57,801 nt of DNA, taken from NCBI GenBank assembly GCA_046483935.1, contig JAWOCF010000135.1, positions 1 to 57,801 on the forward strand, read 5' to 3'. Numbering within the stretch: position 1 is the stretch's first letter; each line of letters begins with the position of its first letter. Shown in pieces: positions 52,901-57,801 of this stretch. A program made the position numbers and the translations under genes. This DNA comes from Bacteroidales bacterium. GTDB lineage: Bacteria > Bacteroidota > Bacteroidia > Bacteroidales > UBA7960. Below the pieces are notes generated by a model. That model ran no database searches. It had not been told where the DNA came from and saw nothing but the letters and a program-made list of their open reading frames with translations.

Positions 52901-54252
52901 ATTACCTGTGATTCAAAACTCTGGCTTAAGCCCGAATGAAGGGTCCCTAATACCTGTTCCAGGAACCACTCCTGTTTCATTTGCGGCAAAATTTTCATGA
53001 TGGGCTGTCCCAGGGCTTTCTTTCTATCCCATCCGGTCTGTTTTTCAAAAGCCAGGTTGCACCCCACTATTTTTCCTGCCGTATCCACATAATAAGTGGG
53101 ATTGGGCAGGGCATCCATCAAGGTATGCTGAAAGGCAAGCTGGTCGCCCAGGGCCTTTTTGATGCGCCGCTGGTAAATAAACATGATCAGTATGAAGATA
53201 CTGCCCAGAACAAGCAGCCCCAGGATGATCAGAAGGCTACTGCGGTAACGGGTTATGAAATCAGGTGGCTCATTGACAATGGTAGCTGGTTGGGGCCAGC
53301 TTGATTTGGGGATGTCGTATTTCTTTAACTGAGCATGATCCAGATAGATATAGGTGGGGTTTTCTTCTTTCACTTCCCCCAGGGCTTTCTCACCCTGAAG
53401 AATGTCGATGGCGATGACTGCCGCGTGGTATCCCTGCTGAAACCCCGATACCACTTTGCCTGCCAGAACACCATGAGGAAACATGAAATCCCAGAAGCCG
53501 AACAACGGTAAATGATTTTCCTGCGAAAGACGTTCTACGGCCAGTTCCGGGGGAATGATCTTTCCGTCAGTGCATGTGGTATAAGGCAAAAGGATAATAA
53601 TAGCTGGCTGCTTTATGGCATTTGTCCGGGCGATGATCTGATCAAGGGGCATGTCGTTCATGAGAATAAATTCCATCTCCGGATAGTCTTTCTTGCCCTG
53701 TTGCATTACCATGGCGGCCAGGTCTTTACTGGTGCGGGTATGATCGCCGACAACGATTACCTGCCGGGTGCCGGGAAAGAAATCCACGGCAAGATCCATC
53801 GTGCCGTTAAAATCGATTTTCTCCAGCACCCCGCTCATCGGGGAACCATTATTGCCTCCTTGTCCTTCATAATCATTGATGCCGCAAAAAACTACCGGCA
53901 CCCCCGGAAAGATCTCCTCACCATAGCGTAGCATGAAGTCCCTGGCATCATCATCCGAGAGGATGATCATGTCAAAGTAATCATCTTTAAATTTGTGTGC
54001 CAGTACTTCTTTTATTTTTTCCTGATATCCCGGGGTGAACTTTCTTTTAGAATCAAGGAATTCAACGGTGAGGCTTGCCTGGGGAACTGTTTGGGAAAAG
54101 GCAGAATCAATGCCCCGGGTGATGTTGTCGGTCCAGGCAAATGAGGAATGGTAAGAATGGATTACCAGTACTTTTTGCTGATCTTCCTGCTTTGTCCAAC
54201 CTGTATGATAAAGACAAAGAAAAAGAGCGAATAAGGCTATAGCTTTCTTCAT
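49969..54252 (-). CDS. Hybrid sensor histidine kinase/response regulator with a periplasmic PBP-like sensor and about five PAS domains
   Basis: It has a signal peptide or TM helix, a periplasmic VLVIHSYHSSFAWTDN segment (ABC substrate-binding-like), a TM helix, repeated PAS segments, the H-box SHEIRTPMNG, an HATPase (GTGLGLSI), and a REC domain (ILLVEDKPVNQ...DLIFMDIQMPVMDG). I prefer ATG 54252 (MKKAIALF...). The track start is 54291. Confidence 0.9.
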   Translation of the reverse strand: MKKAIALFALFLCLYHTGWTKQEDQQKVLVIHSYHSSFAWTDNITRGIDSAFSQTVPQASLTVEFLDSKRKFTPGYQEKIKEVLAHKFKDDYFDMIILSDDDARDFMLRYGEEIFPGVPVVFCGINDYEGQGGNNGSPMSGVLEKIDFNGTMDLAVDFFPGTRQVIVVGDHTRTSKDLAAMVMQQGKKDYPEMEFILMNDMPLDQIIARTNAIKQPAIIILLPYTTCTDGKIIPPELAVERLSQENHLPLFGFWDFMFPHGVLAGKVVSGFQQGYHAAVIAIDILQGEKALGEVKEENPTYIYLDHAQLKKYDIPKSSWPQPATIVNEPPDFITRYRSSLLIILGLLVLGSIFILIMFIYQRRIKKALGDQLAFQHTLMDALPNPTYYVDTAGKIVGCNLAFEKQTGWDRKKALGQPIMKILPQMKQEWFLEQVLGTLHSGLSQSFESQVITAGGNTRDVYFFQSAYFDQQGHPRGVVGSFMDITTQKHYIETIRQNEERYALVMRATLDGIWDINLQKNTLFVSSRAKEIFGYPDHQIKEDISQFFDMVLPEHRMMIRRKVVGLIKKQYLNFEVELCMRNHSGHPIWISVHALGVFSPSGKILRVTGSISDIQRRKAMELELRRWHDIFRNTKMGIAIGEPHSANLVMVNPSFAQMHGYSTQELAGKPIATVFAHEGKKALVEHAMQKAHEEGHYIMEADHLTKDGRTFPVMVDITSVKNKSGTVLYRIVNCQDISQRKQQQKELLQQKNYISNIMNTSPVGITVVNADGQFIFANEAACLVLGLEQPRVRSMSFSHPEWHIEDYEGRPMNPEELPVGMVLATRKPVSAIRHTISVAGCRKKYLLVNAAPMMNEKGEVESVVCAIQDVSLQHQLEMEKNLLIGKEKRLNQDLRLREEELKKTLSRALELKDQVEQSENRYRDFINATGDLVYLKDHLQRFLLVNNSFEEYLGKKAGQIIGNTSQKLLPPDLHHSLMALEHQVMETSEMILEDIEHQGCKIRVRMFPVMNPNGPAGIGVFLRDITLEKQNEELRENIKIAQHSAAIKQQFLANMSHEIRTPMNGILGMIEFMNRTPLSEEQKSYIETLKSSSDTLLDIINDILDFSKIEAGKMVLHSSPVNIRQLAQNMKNLFSALSFQMHLDFMIHIDPLLPEFILTDRIRLNQILTNLISNAVKFTPQGSVTLNIRLLERENEELIILTEVTDTGIGISAENQKKLFSAFTQIDSSFTRDQEGTGLGLSICQRLVQLMGGETGIRSQEGKGSTFWFTFRSQETNGLVATSAPVKLYDDSQEKISMKILLVEDKPVNQKVVKMMLSNLGCEVLLANNGKEAIEKVKGHIANGSDRTDFDLIFMDIQMPVMDGLQATSILRQEYSNLPPIIGLSANVMAAEANLMFQTGMDDFLLKPVKTEDLRQMLLKWNPARKNL

Positions 54253-54331
54253 GAGAGATCCGTTTGAAAAAGGATCATTTTTCGGGAGCAAGATATAAAC
54301 AAAATAATGGTAAAAACATAGTGTTTTTACG

Positions 54332-56248
54332 CTATTTTATTTTATTGTTCCAAAATAGATTTCCTTTTTCATCTCTGAGCACCTTCTGGTTGTCGCCGAG
54401 CCAGCGTATTACTCTGATGATACGGTCTTCGGGAATGTTGCTTTCCAGGGCACCCATCAGGGCATGAAGGGAAAGGGGCTGCTGTAGCAGCAAGGGTTTT
54501 AGCTGTTCTACCAGCAGGTCGAATTCATAACCGGATACTTCCAGCTTGTTTCGTTCCAGGCAAACATCGCAATGCCCGCAGCGGGCCGATGATTGCTCGC
54601 CGAAATATTCCAGCAGGAGCTGACTTCTGCATGTTTGGTTTTCCTGCACATATCGGGTGATGGCTTCCAGCCTTCGGGCCGAAAACAGCTTGCGTTGCTT
54701 GTAGTTCTCAGGGGAGATGTGCAGCTCTTCTGCATCAAATCTTTGTTCAAGGTAGGTGAGGATTGGCCCCTGGTTTTGTTTCTGGTAATAGATCACGTTC
54801 ATCTGGTGCAGCCTGAGCAAGGCCTTATCCAGCTGTTCGAGGCTCAGATGGGTGCGTCGGGCAATCTCCTGCTCATTGATTCTGGAGAACTCACTGAACA
54901 GGCCCGAATAAGATCGGAGCAGTACCTTCATCAGGTTGTCGTAACTGGGGTTGGCCACCTGGAACCCATAAAGATCTTCCTTGTTGAGCAACACCATCAT
55001 CCTTGAGGGGTTGCTCATGGCCTCGGAGAGCGCGATCAGCCCTTCCTTTTCAAGAATCCGGAGGGCATTGAAGGTCACCACCGGCTCCAGGGTATAATGA
55101 CTGCAGAAGTCATGCAGGTCGAAGCTGAAGGTCTGGTCCTTGCCGCTGCCTTTGGCCAGCTGCAGGTAATTGCCCAGGCAGTTATAGATCTTGCGGATCT
55201 GCTGCAAGGGGGGATACGACAACTCGTGAAAGCGCTGCAGGTTCAGGATGTCAGCATTGTTGAACAACAACACGGCAAATGCCTTTTGGCCATCGCGGCC
55301 GGCCCGTCCGGCCTCCTGAAAATAGGCCTCAGGAGTGTCGGGCAGATCCAGATGAACTACGAAGCTTACATTGCCTTTGTCGATGCCCATGCCAAAGGCG
55401 TTGGTAGCCACGATCACCCTGATCTGTTCCTTCATCCATTGCTGTTGCCTGAGGTCTCGCTCCGGGGGGCTCAGCCCTGCATGGTAATACTCTGCACGGA
55501 TGTGGTGCTGCTTCAGAAATTCGGCGGTCTCACGGGTCTTGCGGCGGTTTCTTACATATACGATGCCCGTGCCCTGTACCTTTTTGCAGATCTTCAGCAG
55601 GCGCTGCAGCTTGTCATCTTCCTTTAATACGATGTAAGCAAGGTTCTTACGTTCAAAACTCTTTTGAAATACCCTCTGGTTGACAAACATCAGGTTTTCC
55701 TGAATGTCGTGCACCACCTTTGGGGTGGCAGTGGCAGTAAGGGCTATCAGGGGGGTGCCGGGCATCAGTTCACGCACCTCGGAGATACGCAGGTAGGGAG
55801 GGCGGAAATCGTGGCCCCACTGCGAGATGCAATGGGCTTCGTCGATCGCCAGCAGGTTCACTTTCATTTTGGGCAGCCGGGCACGCACCAGGCTGGTGAT
55901 CAGTCGCTCAGGCGAGAGGTACAGGAACTTGATGTCGCCGTACACACAATTGTCGATGGCTACATCTATTTCCATCCGGCTCAGGCCATGATGCACGCCC
56001 ACTGCTTTGATTCCCCTGCTGCGCAGGGCCTGCACCTGGTCTTTCATTAAGGCAATCAGGGGCGTTACAACAATACATAATCCTTCCTTTGCCATAGCTG
56101 GTACCTGGTAGCACAATGACTTGCCACCCCCGGTAGGCATCAGGGCCACCGTGTCGTGGCCATCGAGCACCGAACGGATGATGTCTTCCTGCAGCGGGCG
56201 GAAGGTCTTAAAGCCCCAGTATTTTAAAAGGATGGATTGTAAATTCAA
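54332..56248 (-). CDS. recQ: RecQ-family ATP-dependent DNA helicase
   Basis: FRPLQEDII, MPTGGGKSLCYQ, DEAHCISQWGHDFRP, TATAT, QEAGRAGRDG and a Cys4 cluster (C540, C557, C560, C563) are present. Confidence 0.9.
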   Translation of the reverse strand: MNLQSILLKYWGFKTFRPLQEDIIRSVLDGHDTVALMPTGGGKSLCYQVPAMAKEGLCIVVTPLIALMKDQVQALRSRGIKAVGVHHGLSRMEIDVAIDNCVYGDIKFLYLSPERLITSLVRARLPKMKVNLLAIDEAHCISQWGHDFRPPYLRISEVRELMPGTPLIALTATATPKVVHDIQENLMFVNQRVFQKSFERKNLAYIVLKEDDKLQRLLKICKKVQGTGIVYVRNRRKTRETAEFLKQHHIRAEYYHAGLSPPERDLRQQQWMKEQIRVIVATNAFGMGIDKGNVSFVVHLDLPDTPEAYFQEAGRAGRDGQKAFAVLLFNNADILNLQRFHELSYPPLQQIRKIYNCLGNYLQLAKGSGKDQTFSFDLHDFCSHYTLEPVVTFNALRILEKEGLIALSEAMSNPSRMMVLLNKEDLYGFQVANPSYDNLMKVLLRSYSGLFSEFSRINEQEIARRTHLSLEQLDKALLRLHQMNVIYYQKQNQGPILTYLEQRFDAEELHISPENYKQRKLFSARRLEAITRYVQENQTCRSQLLLEYFGEQSSARCGHCDVCLERNKLEVSGYEFDLLVEQLKPLLLQQPLSLHALMGALESNIPEDRIIRVIRWLGDNQKVLRDEKGNLFWNNKIK

Positions 56249-56269
56249 TGCTGTAGGAAAAAATGCTGT

Positions 56270-56497
56270 TTAATCTGACTTAAGGGTCTTATTGATATCT
56301 GATTGCTGATTGTATTCTTTAATGCTATTTTCAAACTTTGTCTGGTCGAAAAAGGGACAGGAGGAACAGTCGCTGCTGCATCCAAAGCAAGCCTCCGATT
56401 CCTTCTCTGAGGATTTGCTTATGAGCCTGTACAGTCGTTTGCCTGCCCATACCATGGCTATCAGCAATATAACTATAGTTATTATCCATTGAATCAT
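56270..56497 (-). CDS. Small Cys-rich membrane protein (FeoB-associated Cys-rich family-like)
   Basis: One N-terminal TM helix (IITIVILLIAMVW) is followed by a basic stretch and CFGCSSDCSSCP. Confidence 0.5.
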   Translation of the reverse strand: MIQWIITIVILLIAMVWAGKRLYRLISKSSEKESEACFGCSSDCSSCPFFDQTKFENSIKEYNQQSDINKTLKSD

Positions 56498-56619
56498 CTG
56501 GTAGTTGTTTTCCGGAAAACTGATTGTAACAAGGTTTGTTCCGGACAGGGCATTGAAACTTCATGAAAGTCCGGAAATAAACCATAATAAAGGTACAAAA
56601 AACAATCGGTATCAAACAG

Positions 56620-56661
56620 AACGGCCGGCAAATTGATGTTACCATCCAATTGCCGGCCGTT
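56620..56661 (-). terminator. Strong hairpin downstream of the TldD/PmbA-family gene
   Basis: AACGGCCGGCAAATTG (56620-56635) pairs with CAATTGCCGGCCGTT (56647-56661). The minus-strand downstream sequence is T-rich but has no clean T-run. Confidence 0.55.
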
Positions 56662-56715
56662 GTTTATAATGCGACTGCTCCTGTTTTTCTTGCAGCAGCC
56701 GTCAGGGGTTCAGCA

Positions 56716-57801
56716 TCAGGCGCCGCCGATCTGCATCTCGCGGATGCGGAAGGTGGGCGCCGAGAAGGAACGTTCCATGTCAAGGTCATTGCCCATCATG
56801 TCCAGCCCGTTGAGTATGTCAAAGGCACTTCCTGCAATGGTAAGTCCTTTCACGGGGAAGGCAATCTTCCCGTTCTCAATCCAGAAGCCGGAAGCCCCAC
56901 CGCTGAAGTTGCCGCTCACGGGGTTGATGCCGTAGCCTGTCACCCCTTTCAGCAGCAGCCCGCTGTGGGTGGCTGCGATGATCTGTTCGGGGGTATGCTC
57001 CCCGGCCTGAACATACAGGTTGTCGGTTCCGATGCCGGGCATGCTGGTAAACCCGCCACGCGAGGCGTTGCCGGTGCTTTCCACGCCTGCCCGCCGGGCT
57101 GCAATGGTATTGTAGATAAAGCTCCTGAGGATGCCCTGCTCTACCAGGGTGCGGCGCGAGGTAGGCACCCCTTCTCCATCGAAGGGAGAGCTGCCCAGGC
57201 CTTTGGCCCGGATGCCATCGTTGATGATGGTTAGCAGTGAAGAGGCAAACTGCTGATCCATTGACTGGCCCAGGAAGCTGGCTCCCTGCAATACCCGTTC
57301 GCCGTTGATGGCAGCAATCACACCGCCCAGCAGTGAGGAGGCCACCGAAGGATCAAAAATAATGCTGGCCCTCTGAGTCTTCACCATGCGGGGATCAAGC
57401 ATTTCCCATGCTTTTTGCGAGGCCTTGCCGGCAATCTCTTCCAGCGATTTCAGGTCGCCGTAGTATCTGCGCGAGCAATATTCACCCCCGGTGTTGCGCT
57501 CTTCGCCTTTCTGGGCCACCACGCTTACCCCCAGTGAACACACCGAGGACTTGTAGTTCTGCAGAATGCCGTTTGAGTTGGCAATAAACACCTCTGTCTC
57601 TCTTTCGCCGAAAGAAGCCCCTGAGGTAGGCAGAGAACTAGACTGCTGTGCCATGAACTGCAACATGCTACAGTTGAACCGGGCGTACTCCGGGGTGACC
57701 GACTTGCTGTGGATATCCGCCAGCCGTTGCCGGAGATGCGCCAACGGGTTGGGGTCTGTCGCTGTTGGAAGTGTTTCCAGCACCAGCGGGGTTCGATTGA
57801 C
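56716..57801 (-). CDS. TldD/PmbA-family metalloprotease (C-terminal about 360 aa; the 5' end lies beyond the window)
   Basis: The sequence ...SSLLGGVIAAINGERVLQGASFL...GNASRGGFTSMPGIGTDNLYV...GSAFDILNGLD... is typical of the TldD/PmbA C-terminal domain. The frame stays open to the window edge, and the track start at 57783 is a CTG. Confidence 0.75.
   Translation of the reverse strand, partial: VNRTPLVLETLPTATDPNPLAHLRQRLADIHSKSVTPEYARFNCSMLQFMAQQSSSLPTSGASFGERETEVFIANSNGILQNYKSSVCSLGVSVVAQKGEERNTGGEYCSRRYYGDLKSLEEIAGKASQKAWEMLDPRMVKTQRASIIFDPSVASSLLGGVIAAINGERVLQGASFLGQSMDQQFASSLLTIINDGIRAKGLGSSPFDGEGVPTSRRTLVEQGILRSFIYNTIAARRAGVESTGNASRGGFTSMPGIGTDNLYVQAGEHTPEQIIAATHSGLLLKGVTGYGINPVSGNFSGGASGFWIENGKIAFPVKGLTIAGSAFDILNGLDMMGNDLDMERSFSAPTFRIREMQIGGA

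Overview
This 57.8-kb segment is gene-dense and reads as core chromosome of a Bacteroidota (Bacteroidia-like, probably anaerobic) organism. I call about 47 protein-coding genes, nearly all recognisable housekeeping functions. They include PEP carboxykinase, pyruvate phosphate dikinase, a four-subunit 2-oxoacid:ferredoxin oxidoreductase, SecDF, TatA, a PurM-like protein, PrfA, PyrF, an S46 dipeptidyl-peptidase, a DEAD-box helicase and IlvE. Also present are PBP4, MlaD, an amidase, LptD, RsmD, CoaD, PyrE, BirA, RsfS, FtsH, CdsA, Psd, a 1.4-kaa hybrid sensor kinase, RecQ and TldD/PmbA. The phylum call rests on gene content and synteny (SecDF fusion, S46 peptidase, DUF3822-rsmD-coaD, divergent amidase/LptD pair). 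It also rests on many TAnnTTTG -7 promoter boxes sitting just upstream of genes. I found no rRNA, tRNA, CRISPR array, transposase, integrase, phage gene or recognisable defence gene, so I cannot honestly point to a clear multi-gene novel system. Two things are not explained by ordinary annotation. (1) The pckA reading frame runs on in frame for about 211 extra codons of unrecognisable, more AT-rich sequence (1317-1952). (2) A ~300-bp island lies between the convergent helicase and ilvE genes and is bracketed by both genes' terminators. It contains a dyad-symmetric lattice of ten ACGT cores at exact 11-bp phasing around a perfect 14-bp palindrome, plus its own minus-strand terminator-like hairpin (28126-28436). 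Smaller oddities are repeat or palindrome sets in several promoter regions, a DUF2721 plus isomerase-like operon that overlaps the S46 peptidase gene tail-to-tail, and a RecQ with a displaced Zn-finger. All product calls come from reading motifs in the supplied translations, and no database search was run.
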